DNA from: the human T2T-CHM13v2.0 reference genome, Homo sapiens
NCBI RefSeq assembly: GCF_009914755.1
Contig: NC_060935.1
Direction: 5' to 3' (one strand)
Length of the DNA stretch: 64,000 bases
Positions within the stretch are counted from its first letter, which is position 1. Each line of letters begins with the position of its first letter. A program made the position numbers and the translations under genes. The notes below the pieces were generated by a model, which was not told the origin of the DNA, ran no database searches, and saw nothing but the letters and a program-made list of their open reading frames with translations. Positions 10,481 through 27,899 of the stretch are shown piece after piece.

Positions 10481-13400
10481 TGTGGTGTGTCCAACATGCA
10501 TCGCCCAAATGTATGGTAATAGTAAGTCTCTTTCCAAACACCCTCAAGCCCAATACCCTTTCCATTAGTAACCATAGATCACAGGTTGGTATACATCTTT
10601 CCAGATGTCTATTAATTCAAATTAATACACACACACAACACACAAACACAAATGCATATGTGTATGTACATGAGTATGCACACTTTTGTAGTTAACATAT
10701 GATTTAATGACTTAATTTTCCCAACAATCGCTATTATCTTGGAGACACTTCTTGACCAATATATATAGCTATACCTATGTCTTGCTATTGATTTCATTAT
10801 ATTCCACACTACAGTTTAACTACAGTTAAACTACAGTTAAACCAAAACTTAGTTAACTATTCTCTTATTGATGAACATTAATATTGGGGCCAATTTATGC
10901 TACCACAAACAATTATGTTATGAACATTCCTATACATATATTGTTTTTCACTGTTACCAATATATCTGTTAAGGTAAACTACAAACATTCGAATTGCTAG
11001 GTACGAGCTTTATCCAAGATGGAATATATAAGGGTAGGCATATCTTTACTTTTGATAGATGCTGCCAATATCTAAAAACTGTAGTGCCTAGCAGTTATAG
11101 AAGTGCCTACCTTTATTTCAAGGGAAATCAACTCATTCAATAACTGATAAATAAAACATAATTATGAATAATTACATCTCTGCTTGATGATTACTTACGG
11201 CCCCACACTGAATATAGATAAATTCCACCCTCCCGTATCCATCTGCAGGCAACCTTACCAGCCTTATCCCATACCAACTAACTAGAACACACTGCATTTT
11301 TACACCCCACTGTTTTTTGCTCCGCATAGTCCCTCTACTCAAAGACATGCCCACTAAATCAAGGTATCATTACTTTCCTTGGGCACCCATCATACTTTGA
11401 ATATTCAATCAATCTTATTTTTTGAGCAAATACTGTGTACCAAGCATATGCTAAAGACTGGGGATACAGACTGAAAACCCAGTTCCTAACACTAAAGAAC
11501 TCCAGAGGGGAGGGGCCAAATTGTTTCATCCCCAGTGCCTACAGTGGTCCTTGGAATATCATAGATTCACAGCCAATATTGGTTTAAGGAATCTATATAA
11601 TCAATCACATCAAACTAATAGAGAATTGCTTCTAAAGAGAAAAATAGTGTATTATCAAAACAGCTGATATAAAAATAAATTTCGAGAATACAGGTAATTT
11701 AAACATTGCTACATTTTGAATTGCCGTCCATCTGGTGGAAGGTGCTACCTGGTTAGTTCTTAGAGGCTCCGGGATTTGGTTCAGCTCAGGATCTTTAGAC
11801 TCAGTACTCTTTCTGCCACAATTTTCACTCTTCTTAGAGTAGAATTTTTTTTTTTTTTTAGAATTTGATTACAACTGTATCAATAATGTATCTAAATCTC
11901 AAGGAAAATTAAATGATAGACAAACAATCTTTCTCAGTTTTGACAAAAGAAGATATTGAGCATAAAACTAAGCATTCTTCACAAAATTTAAAGTGATGAC
12001 TACAATCAGTGGTTAATTTAATGAAAGTGAAGTTACAGGATATTGCTATGATTTCTATCCCTTCTTCATCTGGCTCATAACCATAGCCAGACGAATTTTT
12101 TAAGATTCTGTCTAGGAAAAATATACTCCAGAAACAATCCCACAAACTTTCCCTATTCCTACCTCCAATACACACGGACATACACACACCAATACACACA
12201 CTCACAAACAACTAATCTATCTTAGATGCACAAGTATACCTACAGCATCTTGTACTTACCTCCATCACAGCTCTTAACAAATTATATTAAAATTATTTGT
12301 CTTTCTCTGTGACTGTAAGATAGTCAAGGGTAGAGATCACATCTGAATCATCTTTATTCACAGAAAATAAGAGCAGTCATCATACATTATAAGTGTCCAA
12401 CACATGTTTCTTGAACTGATTTGACCTGAGCCAAAGTAGCAAGAGACAGAGAGGGGAATGTAAGGAAGAGATGAGTGTGATTTATGACTTGTCAGATGCT
12501 AGGAGTTCTCACTGACCCTGGGATTATGCACTAGAAGGCAGCACGCCAATCTCTCCTGATTTTTCTTTAAAAATGTTATTCTCCCATGCAAATGTAGAGG
12601 ACGAAATGTTCCTCCAGGTGACATTGAATCTGCTCCCAGGGTCAAGAAGCTCCTATAAGAAAATCATGTTCACTGTCAACCTTTCTGCCATTTCATTTTA
12701 CTTTTTTTCTAGATTTAACATACATTTGTGAGTTCATTTCTATAAAAATAAAATATGTCACTGGATATGGAAAAGGAAGACAGGGTCACAGAAACATGCA
12801 TTATCTAACCTGATGTGAATTTTAGGAAGAAGAGACTGAGTAAACCCCTAAGGCACCAAGAGAAAACTACTAAATTTCTCTTCTGATTCCAAGATCCTTC
12901 ACACTTAAAATCCTCTATTCCTTATCATCCATACCTATTTACTTTCTTCCAAATCAAGTTCAACAAGGCAAGAGAACACTACCCAAAGGAACAATACTGA
13001 CTCCATGAAAATTCTGCCTATATCTACATAAGGTGAGTGTCAGGATTCTTCTTCTCAGGTAATTTTGCATTGTAATTGTGGTTTGATAAGGTAGATCCAC
13101 TGTGGAATAAAACCTTGGCTAAATCTATTACAGAAGATTTAGCTCTATGAATCAGATTATTTGGACAAAATTAGTTGAATTTTAAAAACCAAATCTATGA
13201 CAATGTTAAAACCAATTCACTCCCAATATATCAGTTATCCCTTCTTTGTTCATCTCATGCTTTATCTTCCCCCACCCTCTAATAATCTTACCAATATTTT
13301 GTCCTATGATGGAGAAAGATCAAATTGGCATGGAAAGCCAATAAAGACACTCCACTATTGATGGGAAAGTGCTTCAGGTGCACTGGAGGCAGCATGGGCA

Positions 13401-14639
13401 GAACACGGACAGCAGGGATATTTTCATAAAAGCAAAGGGCTCAGTAGAATCTCCAAAGTCAAGAACAAAGCAGGAAGGGGAATCCCCACAACTCCCATGT
13501 CCTTCTGCTCCAGCCAAAGGTCTTATCATGGACTTCACAGTATATTGTGCAACAATAGTTCAATTTAAATGAGGTGAACAGCAGGGATACTAGAAGCAGT
13601 CTCTGGAGCAGGTGAAGTGCTCAGGTGAATTCTGAATCATTAGGGGGGATCTTGAGCTGTGCTTCCTCTCAGAAGGTTCCCAAATGGTTATAAGGAGGGC
13701 AGAAAATAACATGCAGTTAGCAGTCACATCTCTGTTTACAGGTCCCATCATGAATTCTTACATGTCTTCTCTTTGGAGAAGCATTGTATTGTTGCAATTA
13801 AGTATTTGGTTTCTGAAGGAAAAAATACTAGGTTGCAACTTAAGTCTACTCCATACACCGTATAATTTTGAGAAAGTTCATCATTTGTAGATTATGAATG
13901 TGATGTGACCTAGATAATAATAATTAGATGAATGTGATTAACATAATGTATTCATGTAGTAAGAAGTCAATAAATACTCTCTCTGATTATTATAACTAGG
14001 GCTACCGGATTGAGATTATAAATAGGTATCTGAGTTTTGGCATTGTTCAGGAAATGTATTATACAGAAATGAATCCTAAATTGCCCAGAAAGAAGAGAGG
14101 CTGAAAAACCTTCAAGTACTCTGATTAGCTTTTTAAAATTCCTCCAAAGAGTATCTGAAGCCGTGTTGGGCATGAGTGGAGGGAGTGGAGATGAGGGTCT
14201 GAAAAGAAGAGAGCCTCTGGCAGAAACCCCACTCTTTCAGTTGCAACTCCTGAATGACTATCCTAAGACAAAAAGCCAACTGAACATGGACCAGCTCTCA
14301 CAAAACATGATTGAATAGGATATTCTATCAGGTCAAGTTTGTCAATGGATGGTTAAAAATCTTCATATCTTTACTGATTTTTCTGTCAGTTTGTTTTCAA
14401 AGTTACAAAGGGAAGTTCATCAAAATACATGTGTAAATTTTATATTTGGTAAACTTTTGTTATTTTATAATTTTGTATTTAAAAATAATTTCAAATTTTC
14501 AAAAAAGTTAAAATTGTACAAAACTCCCATACCTCTCTTACTCCTATTCTCCAATTATTATTTTGTCACATTTTTATCATTTGTCTGTATTTACAAACAT
14601 ATCATTTTAAGAACTTGATAGTAAGCTATAGGTGTGATC

Positions 14640-17530
14640 CCCAGAATATAATGAACTACTAAAAATGAATAAGAAAAGTTGGAAATTTCCAGTTTTTTAA
14701 AATGGGCAGAAGACTTGAACAAGCACTTTCAATATAGGAGATAAAAATAACTAATAAGCACATGAAAAGGTGTGCAACATAATTAGCCCTCAGGGCATAT
14801 AAACAAAAACCATAGTGAAATTCCACTAATCCTCATCAAAAAGGATAAAATGACTGAGCAATTTACATTGCTTATGGGAGCATAAATTCTTAGAGTCAAT
14901 TTTAAAATTCCATTTGGAAGTATCTTTGAATACAGAGCTAAACATGCCTTCCCTATGACTCAGTAATTCCACTCCTGAGCATATACCTAACAGAGATGAG
15001 TGTTTACATCCACCAAGAATGTATATAAAGATTTTTATAACAGCTTTATTCATACTACCTCACACTGGAAACTATAAATTTATATGGGCAATAGAAAAGA
15101 TAAATTTTGGTACAGTCATGCAGTGGAATACTATCAAATAATTTAAAATAAATGAACTACTGCTACAAATAACCATATAGATGAATCTCACACAGTGATG
15201 TTTTAGTAAACAAAGCCAGGTGGCACTGTTGCAAAAAATAAAAGACTAATAAACAAATAGAAGAGAATGAAGACCTCATAGATTGACCCATGTGGAAATC
15301 GAATATACAATGAAGTTCAGTCCAAAAATCATCACGGAAGGGAAAATAGTTTATTAAATAATGTTAGTAAAGTGGGTTTACTACATAGAGAAAAATAAAG
15401 CTGGACTCCTACCTAACATGATAGAAGAAGGTAAACTGTAAATGAATTAAATATCTAAAAGTTGCAAGAGAACAATGACACAATTGAATAAAACATAGAA
15501 CATCTTTCTGACCTAGAGTGAGAAGCTTCTAAAGCACAAACCATAATAATAATTTTGATAATGTGATTTCATAAAAATCTGATATTTGTCTTCAATGAAG
15601 GACATCATAGACAAAACTAAAAGGCAGATGAGAGAATCGATAAGATATTTGCACTCTTTAAAACCAAAAAGAAATAAAAATCTAATACCAGGAATTTACA
15701 ATAAACTTCTAAAAACCAATAAAAGAGGAAGAAACCTCCAAAAGAAAAAAAGAGCAGAGGTAATAAAAAGGGAATTTATTAAAAAGTAACTTCATTGGGC
15801 TACAAGAATATAAAGCAATACTCAAATTCATCAATAATCAAAGGTATGCAAATTAGAGCAACAAAGATATATCTAATAGGCATGCAGATATTCAGAAGTC
15901 AGATACTGTAAAGTGTTGACAAAAAAGTAGAATATAACACTCATTTACAGTTGGGAAAGATGTAGAGAAATGTAGCCACCCTGGAAAGGAATCTGGCAAT
16001 TACTTGGTCACCTTATACTTGCTTATTCTGTTACAGTCACTATTGTTAAAGATAGAGCCAAAAAATTTGTGTTGCAGACATATATGGTACACTCCTGAAA
16101 TGTTTGTTGGTCTGTTGTTTGTGTTGGTGAGGTGTTGTGTAATTTGGATATTACTTTACTCACCGGGAGAGAAGATGAATGAAAGTGTGACAGATGTATA
16201 CCAAAGAAGATCCCACAGCAGTTAGAAAGAGATTAGATACACACGTGCAACTTGAATGATCTTAAAGACAGAGGTGGATGGAAAAGTGAGAAACAAAGAG
16301 GCATATAGCAAAATATCATTTATGTAAATTAAGAATACAGGCGCAAAAATGTCATTTTTCAAAAACAAAATAAAAGTATTGCATACCTTAGAATGGTTAC
16401 AGGATCAGTAGGAATCAAGTTTGGGTGTAAATTAAGCAAAAAAAAAAAAACAGTAAATAAATAAATAACAAGAGAGGGGCTTTGAAATGACTTTGAATGC
16501 ACAGCAATGTGTCATATACTGAGGTATTATTATTCACTCATTCCTCTGCATCTGATAATCAAACAAACAAACAACAACAACAAGAGTAATGAAGAGAAAT
16601 TAAGATTGCATGATATTTGTATGGAAATATAAAGTCAGAAAAGGAACAGATTACAGGAAACAAAAATAGACTGAATCCAGCAGAAGTTTAGTATCTTGTA
16701 TAAAACACATTTAAAATCACTGAGACATTTTCCCATAAGTGGTACTAACAGAGCATTTTAGGAAAACATCTAAGGTGGATTTCTATCTTACTCATTACAT
16801 CAAAACAAATTTTAGATGCATAAAGAGGTAAATGAAGCCATATATGTAAGTAACCTAGGAAAATCTTAGAAGAAAAAAATGGGTGGTTTTTAAACAGCAT
16901 AACTTTTAAAAACAGAAGCCTTTCAAATATTAACAAAAAATCATAAGGGTAAAGACTTCTTGATTTGCTTAGATTAAATTATAAAATATACATGTGATGC
17001 AAAAATACAGAAAGTCAACTGGAAAAATACAAAACAACTTATTTCCAAGGTAAAATCAAAGAGCTATTTTTTTTTCATGTTATTCAAGGATTTTTCAAAG
17101 CACTAAAGGAAAGTTGAACAGCCCAATTTAAAAAAAATGAACAAAGAAAATAACCAGTCACTTCACAGAAAACAGAAATGAAAATGACCAGCAAACATAG
17201 AATATTATACGCATCCTCAAGTATAAAGTATCACATAATATAACAATGAGATGCCATTTTTACATAAAAGACTAGTGAAATTAAAGAGTTTGAAAATATC
17301 AAATGTTAGTAAAGATATAACTAAATAGAACCTGTCTTTGATGGGAGTGTAAATTAATGCAACCTTTTAATAGGGAAGTTGGCAATCTATTGATATTTAA
17401 AAGAAATATATCTTTAGACCCAGAAATTAAGCCTCAAGAAACTTTTCCTTCATGTATGTCTGACAAGGGCACAAGCATGCATATTTAAAGACGTTCACTG
17501 TGGCACTGTTTTAATGTCTAAAGATTAAAA
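14640..17530 (+). mobile_element. Cluster of highly diverged old L1 (L1M/L1ME) fragments
   Basis: A-rich degenerate ORF2 and 3'UTR motifs (AAAATGGGCAGAAGACTTGAACAAGCACTT, CAGTAATTCCACTCCTGAGCATATACC). Internal boundaries are unresolved. Confidence 0.6.
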
Positions 17531-17536
17531 ATAACC

Positions 17537-17925
17537 TTTGTTAGTCCATTTACATTGCTATAAAAGAACACCTGAGGCTGGGTAATTTATAAAGAAAATA
17601 AATTTGTTTTGGCTCACGGTTCTGCAGGATGTACAGGAAGCATGGCACCATCATCTATCTGCTCCTGGTGAGGGCCTCAAAAAGCTTCCACTCAAGGCAG
17701 AAGAGGGAGGAAGCATGTCATAAAGGGAGATAAGGAGCAAGAGAGAGTGGGGAGGCAACGTCAACTCAGAGTGAGAACTCACTCATTATGGGGAGGAGGG
17801 CACCAAGCTATTCATGAGGAATCAGCCTCCATGACTCAAACATCTCCCATCAGGCCCCATCTCCAATATTGGGGATTACATTTCAACATGTGATTTGGAG
17901 GGGACAAAACAGCCAGACCACATCA
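17537..17925. mobile_element. MaLR solo LTR (MSTA/MSTB-like)
   Basis: TTAGTCCATTTACATTGCTATAAAAGAACACCTGAGGCTGGGTAATTTATAAAG start, ...CCACATCA end, 5-bp TSD TAACC/TAACA. Confidence 0.88.
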
Positions 17926-18260
17926 TAACACAAGTGTCCACTAATACGGATTAATAGACACTTGGGTAATATTATGGACTATAGCTCAATTATTTTAATG
18001 AGTTAGGTTTATATGTGCTATGAAACCAAAAATAAGCTGCAAATAATGTATGAGCCAAGTTACAAAACCAATAAAACAAGAAGATTCAAATTAATAACAT
18101 CTACTTAATGTGATGAGTGATGTTTTGCTGAAACTAAATTGCCATTTGAAATATGATTGAGAGATTGACTTCAGACCATTTTTTTGAACCTCACATGGCT
18201 ATACTACCATCTAACTCAGGTCTTCCACCATTTTTCTCTTACATCTTTTGGCCTTTAGAG

Positions 18261-18767
18261 CAGCAGTCCCCAACCTTTTTGGCACCAGGGACTGGTTTTG
18301 TGAAAGGCAATTTTTCTACAATGAACTGGTGAGAATGGTTTCAGGATGACTCAAGTGCGTTATATTTGTTGTGTACTTTATATTATTATTATGTTGTAAG
18401 ATATAATTAATTATACAACTCACCATAATGTAAAATCAGTGGGAGCCCTGAGGTTGTTTTCCTGCAACTAGACAGTCCTATCTGGGGGTTATGGGAGACA
18501 GTGACAGAGCATTAGGCATTAGATTCTCATAAGAAGCATGCAGCCTAGATCCCTCACATGTGCAGTTCACAATAGGACTCATGCTTCTATAAGAATCTAA
18601 TGCCGCCGTTGATCTGACAAGAGCCCGAGCTCAGGTGGTTATGTGAGCGATGGGGAATAGCTGTGAATACAGATGAAGCTTTGCTTGCTCAACTCCTGCT
18701 GTGCAGCCCAGTTCCTAACAGGCCAGGAATTGGTACCAGTCCATGCCCCATGGACTGGGGACCCCTG
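18261..18767. mobile_element. MER1A hAT-Charlie DNA transposon
   Basis: Terminal inverted repeats CAGCAGTCCCCAACC and GGACTGGGGACCCCTG, with an 8-bp TSD CTTTAGAG/CGTTAGAG. Confidence 0.9.
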
Positions 18768-19281
18768 CGTTAGAGGATATGGATGTAATATTTAGATATA
18801 AAATTTGCCTTTGTTTTGAATGTTATTAGCTAGAGAGAATTATAGGAATAATTCCATTTTGATGAGGCCAAAGCAAGTTCTTGATTTAATGGTTTAACAA
18901 ACTGAAGTCTCATTCTACAAAACTGTACTTTGATGTGAATTATCCCCTCAAAAGAAAAGCTCTAACTTTATGTCCAGTAAAAGCATGCAACTTTATTATA
19001 AGAACACATTTGGAGGGTGGAGCCAAGATGGCCGAATAGGAACAGCTCCAGTCTACAGCTTCCAGCGTGAGCGATGCAGAAGATGGTGATTTCTGCATTT
19101 CCAACTGAGGTACCAGGTTCATCTCACTGGGGAGTGCCAGACAGTGGGTGCAGGACAGTGGGTGCAGCGCACGGTGCATGAGCGGAAGCAGGGCGAGGCA
19201 TCGCCTCACCCGGGAAGCGCAAGAGGTCAGGGAATTCCCTTTCCTAGTCAAAGAAAGGGGTGACAGACGGCACCTGGAAAA

Positions 19282-19464
19282 TCAGGTCACTCCCACCCTA
19301 ATACTGCGCTTTCCCAACAGGCTTAACAAATGGCACATGAGGAGATTATATTCTGCACCTGGATCGAAGGGTCCTACGCCCACGGAGCCTCGCTCATTGC
19401 TAGCACAGCAGTCTGAGATCAAACTGCAAGGCGGCAGCGAGGCTGCAGGAGGGGCGCCCGCCAT
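19282..19464 (-). other. L1 antisense ORF0, truncated at 60 aa
   Basis: MAGAPPAASLPPCSLISDCCASNERGSVGVGPFDPG...RVGVT*. The ATG is at 19464 and the TGA at 19284-19282. Confidence 0.75.
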
Positions 19465-20036
19465 TCTCGAGGCTTGAATAGGTAAACAAAGTGGCAGGGA
19501 ACCTCGAACTGGGTGGAGCCCACCACAGCTCAATGAGGCCTGCCTGCCTCTGTAGGCTCCACCTCTGGGGGCAGGGCACAGACAAACAAAAGGCAGCAGT
19601 AACCTCTGCAGACTTAAATGTCGCTGTCTGATAGCTTTGAAGAGAGTAGTGGTTCTCCCAGCACACAGCTTGAGATCTGACAACGGGCAGACTGCCTCAA
19701 GTGGGTCCCTGATCCCCAAGTAGCCTAACTGGGAGGCACCCCCAAGTAGGGGCGGACTGACACCTCACATGGCTGGGTACTCCTCTGAGACAAAACTTCC
19801 AGAGGAACGATCAAGCAGCAGCATTTGCGGTTCACCAATATCCGCTGTTATGCAGCCACCGCTGCTGATATCCAGGCAAACAGGGTCTGGAGTGGACCTC
19901 CAGCAAACTCCAACAGACCTGCAGCTGAGGGTCCTGTCTGTTAGAAGGAAAACTAACAAACAGAAAGGACATCCACACCAAAAACCCATCTGTACGTCAC
20001 CATCATCAAAGACCAAAGGTAGATAAAACGACAAAC

Positions 20037-21053
20037 ATGGGGAAAAAACAGAGCAGAAAAACTGGAAACTCTAAAAATCAGAGTGCCTCTCCTCCTCCAA
20101 AGGAACACAGCTCCTCACAAGCAACAGAACAAAGCTGGACAGACAATGACTTTGATCAGTTGAGAGAAGAAGCCTTCAGAAGATCAAACTACTATGAGCT
20201 AAAGGAGGAAGTTCGAACCAATGGCAAAGAAGTTAAAAACCTTGAAAAAAAATTAGACGAATGGATAACTAGAATAACCAATGCAGAGAAGTCCTTAAAG
20301 GACCTGATGGAACTGAAATCCAAGGCACGAGAACTACGTGACGAATGCACAAGCCTCAGTAGCCGATGCGATCAACTGGAAGAAAGGGTATCAGCGATGG
20401 AAGATGAAATGAATGAAATGAAGCGAGAAGAGAAGTTTAGAGAAAAAAGAACAGAAAGAAATGAACAAAGCCTCCAAGAAATATGGGACTATGTGAAAAG
20501 ACCAAATCTACATCTGATTGGTGTACCTGAAAGCGACGGGGAGAATGGAACCAAGTTGGAAAACACTCTGCAGGATATTATCCAGGAGAACTTCCCCAAT
20601 CTAGCAAGCCAGGCCAACATTCAGATTCAGGAAATACAGAGAACGCCACAAAGATACTCCTCAAGAAGAGCAACTCCAAGACACATAATTGTCAGATTCA
20701 CCAAAGTTGAAATGAAGGAAAAAATGTTAAGGGCAGCCAGAGAGAAAGGTCGGGTTACCCACAAAGGGAAGCCCATCAGACTAACAGCTGATCTCTCGGC
20801 AGAAACTCTACAAGCCAGAAGAGAGTGGGGGCCAATATTCAACATTCTTAAACAAAAGAATTTTCAACCCAGAATTTCATATCCAGCCAAACTAAGCTTC
20901 ATACGTGAAGGAGAAATAAAATACTTTACAGACAAGCAAATGCTGAGAGATTTTGTCACCACCAGGCCTGCCCTAAAAGAGCTCCTGAAGGAAGCACTAA
21001 ACATGGAAAGGAACAACCGGTACCAACCACTGCAAAAACATGCCAAATTGTAA
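20037..21053 (+). CDS. L1 ORF1p, intact 338 aa
   Basis: MGKKQSRK... full length, with the REKG, ARR and YPAKLS motifs retained. Confidence 0.9.
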   Translation: MGKKQSRKTGNSKNQSASPPPKEHSSSQATEQSWTDNDFDQLREEAFRRSNYYELKEEVRTNGKEVKNLEKKLDEWITRITNAEKSLKDLMELKSKARELRDECTSLSSRCDQLEERVSAMEDEMNEMKREEKFREKRTERNEQSLQEIWDYVKRPNLHLIGVPESDGENGTKLENTLQDIIQENFPNLASQANIQIQEIQRTPQRYSSRRATPRHIIVRFTKVEMKEKMLRAAREKGRVTHKGKPIRLTADLSAETLQARREWGPIFNILKQKNFQPRISYPAKLSFIREGEIKYFTDKQMLRDFVTTRPALKELLKEALNMERNNRYQPLQKHAKL

Positions 21054-21116
21054 AGACCATCGAGGCTAGGAAGAAACTGCATCAACTAACAAGCAAAATA
21101 ACCAGCTAACATCATA

Positions 21117-24929
<3,813 letters not shown>

Positions 24930-27899
24930 ACAATGAGAACACATGGACACAGGAAGGGGAACATCACACACCAGGGACTGTTGTGGGGTGGGGCAGGGGG
25001 AGGGATAGCATTAGGAGATATACCTAATGCTAAATGACCAGTTAATGGGTGCAGCACACCAACATGGCACATGTATACATATGTAACAAACCTGCACATT
25101 GTGCACATGTACCCTAAAACTTAAAGTATAATAATAATAAAATTTAAAAAACCACACATTTAAAGCCTTCATTGTCATGTTTATATTAGGACGGTGCTAA
25201 GCAAATTATACTCCACTATGTAAGGTGGTCACACAGCACTCAAACAATCATGAACTGAAATGAAAGCACAGGCCTGAAATCAAGTTGGATTAGTCAATTA
25301 GAAAGTCAGCATCCAGGTGATCCAATACCTCCTCATTTTCATTTTTATTTAATTACCATATAAAGAAAGACACAAGTTTGAAAACTTATGAACCCCTGAG
25401 AATATATCTGTTGATGCCATTTTAAATGACAATGGTGTAAGGTTTGGAAGAAGCCTAAGTATGATTTAGAAACTTTAGTCTGTGGTTTCAAACATAATGC
25501 AAAGTGCCCCCCCAGGGTGTCTCAGAGGATGAAAAAAGGTAATAAAGTTGAGGGTTTTAAAAGCTCCAGGGAATGCCCTCTTGACGTAATTCTCAGGACC
25601 TCACTTTTAATTATTTTCTCAAAGAAAAATACGTTGTTCAGAAGTGTAACCTAGGTAAATTAGAATTTGTACCTTGAGCAAAGTAAAAAGGCTTGGAATG
25701 AAGTCAGACTCCTAGGATGACGCTAGTACAGGCCTTGGGAGGAATTGCTCAGGAGCCAACCTACAAACAGGTGAATGTCCTTGAAGTGTGGATCTGCAGA
25801 CACAGAAGTTGCTCCCTTCCGTACTAGATCCTTGGTTCCTTCACCAGTGACCTCACAGTGCTGTTCCTGTTTTGTCTCTGCCCTCAGGTGAGAGAGAAGA
25901 AGCCACTGATAGGCCTCAAACTGTAGGATTCTCCAATACTGATTGGGGGTTGGAAGCGGGCAAGGTATTGGGAAGGTGAACTTTGTCATTTTATCGCTTA
26001 CACATCAATTTTTCCCTTGCTAGATTCCCAGAGACAATTCAATTCCTACTCTTCTCCTCCAGAATCCCAGCCTGAAAACCCTCCTCCAGATCTTCTCCTT
26101 CATGGATAAGACTGTTTTCAGAGAGATCACAGAGGCTGTACCCTCCTACATTACTTTCCTCTTACTGTTGAAAAGTACCTCTGCCTGATTCTCCCCTGCC
26201 CTCGGCTGTCAGCCCTTCCGTCTTCATTGTCTCCCTCAGTTTGCATTTGTTCCACCATCTTCCCTAGTGTATGGCCCACTAAATAGGCAAAGAGCTGGAA
26301 GGACACTAGGAATCGTGCTTTCAGAAGCTTCATCAAGAGCTTGGTCATGCTCTGGGTCTAAGAGATATGAAAGAACCAAGATTGCATGAATACACTGTTG
26401 TAAGAATGCTGGCACTGCTGGCTCCAATCCCCTGGTGATCTAAGGCACATAGAGGAGAGTAGGTCCAATTACAATCAGCGCTGCCCTCCCAGAATGAGTA
26501 AGGATACCCACTACAGGTGCCATCACACATATACGCAATAAGCAAATATGCTTCCCATACAAGTCAGACAGAATAAGTTCCCACGTGACTCAGCCTTGGT
26601 CAGTATCCAGTTGGCTCAGTACCTCCTCTGATACTGTTTATTATGTGGAAGATTTGGTAGCCATGGGGATGCATAAAAAGAATATAAAATAATTGTGTGA
26701 GCGTATCTTGAATATCTGCATGTTCTATGAGATATTAAGTTTGTAAAGCTGAGAGGAAGTCCATGTGGCTTGGGATGTGTGTGTGTGACAAGGAAGAATT
26801 CCCTTGTGTGCAGCTCTGTGCCTGTGTGAGACTCTTAAGAGAAGATATCTGGCAAGGACATATTAATTAAAATGTTGTTAGGGCCTCAGAGAGATAACAG
26901 ATTCATTTCTTGTCCTTTCAGTTTGGGGAAACAACCTGTCTTCCATCTCTCTTTCTGTACTCCTTTTCCTCTTTCTGCCTTCTCTCTACACCTCTGAATT
27001 CCTGACTTCTGTGTTCAGCTTCCCCTCCCTGATTTCTTCTAAAGTCTATTCTCTTTATTCTATTTTTACCAGTTATTTTTTCTTCTTCATTTTCTCTCTG
27101 CATTAGATAAAGAGATACCTTTGTTGAATTAATTAGGAAAGTTTACAAAGTTACATGAAATCTTCAGAGTGTGAAAGTATAATTATCCCTGCTCTTCCTT
27201 GGAATATGAGACTAAATTTCATCTTAGTCCTTTTGATTTATTTGACTCCTTTCCTGTTTTGAGATTAAGCCACATTCTTCCTAATCCACATATACACTCA
27301 CATCCTGTCTTTGAGATATAGATAACCATTCCCTATATACTCTACCTGAATTCTAAGTTGTTATTGTGTGTTAAGAATTATTAGTGTGGTAAAGGTATTT
27401 TTTTAACAGTCATCTCTCACACACACGCTCTCATTCTCTTTCTCTACACACACACACACACACGCACGCACCATATATATAAATCATACCCATACACGCA
27501 ATTTTGTAACCTACTTTTTAAATTCAACAGTATGTCAAACATCTTTCCATGGGAAATACATATCTACTTAAATTTTTAATGATAAAATTTATCATATTAT
27601 CATCATAATAATAACCATCAACATTGCAGTCATTTCTTTACTGCAGTTTCTAGGCATAATGCAAATTTTCCACTAAGTTCTTAATTTAGTCTTTACATCT
27701 ATATTATGAAGTTGTGGTTTTATGTTCATTTTACAAATTAGGAAACAGACAAAAAGGAGTTAAATTGTCTAAAGTTACAGAGCTAGGAAATAGGGAACAA
27801 AGATTCAACCAGGTATGTGTGACTAAGACGTCTGCACTCTTACCCACTTCTCTATACTGCATAGGTTCTATTATATAGGAAAACTATAATTTATTTAAC

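Noticed and set aside
10808-10840. Three copies of ACTACAGTT(T/A)A
   Set aside because: A simple slippage repeat inside an old L1-like tract. It has no spacers and is not CRISPR-like.
27570-27582. AAATTTTTAATGA, a 12/13 match to the OR enhancer homeodomain 13-mer AACTTTTTAATGA
   Set aside because: It sits in very AT-rich context with no adjacent O/E site, and an equally good match occurs in ordinary L1 sequence near 63840.
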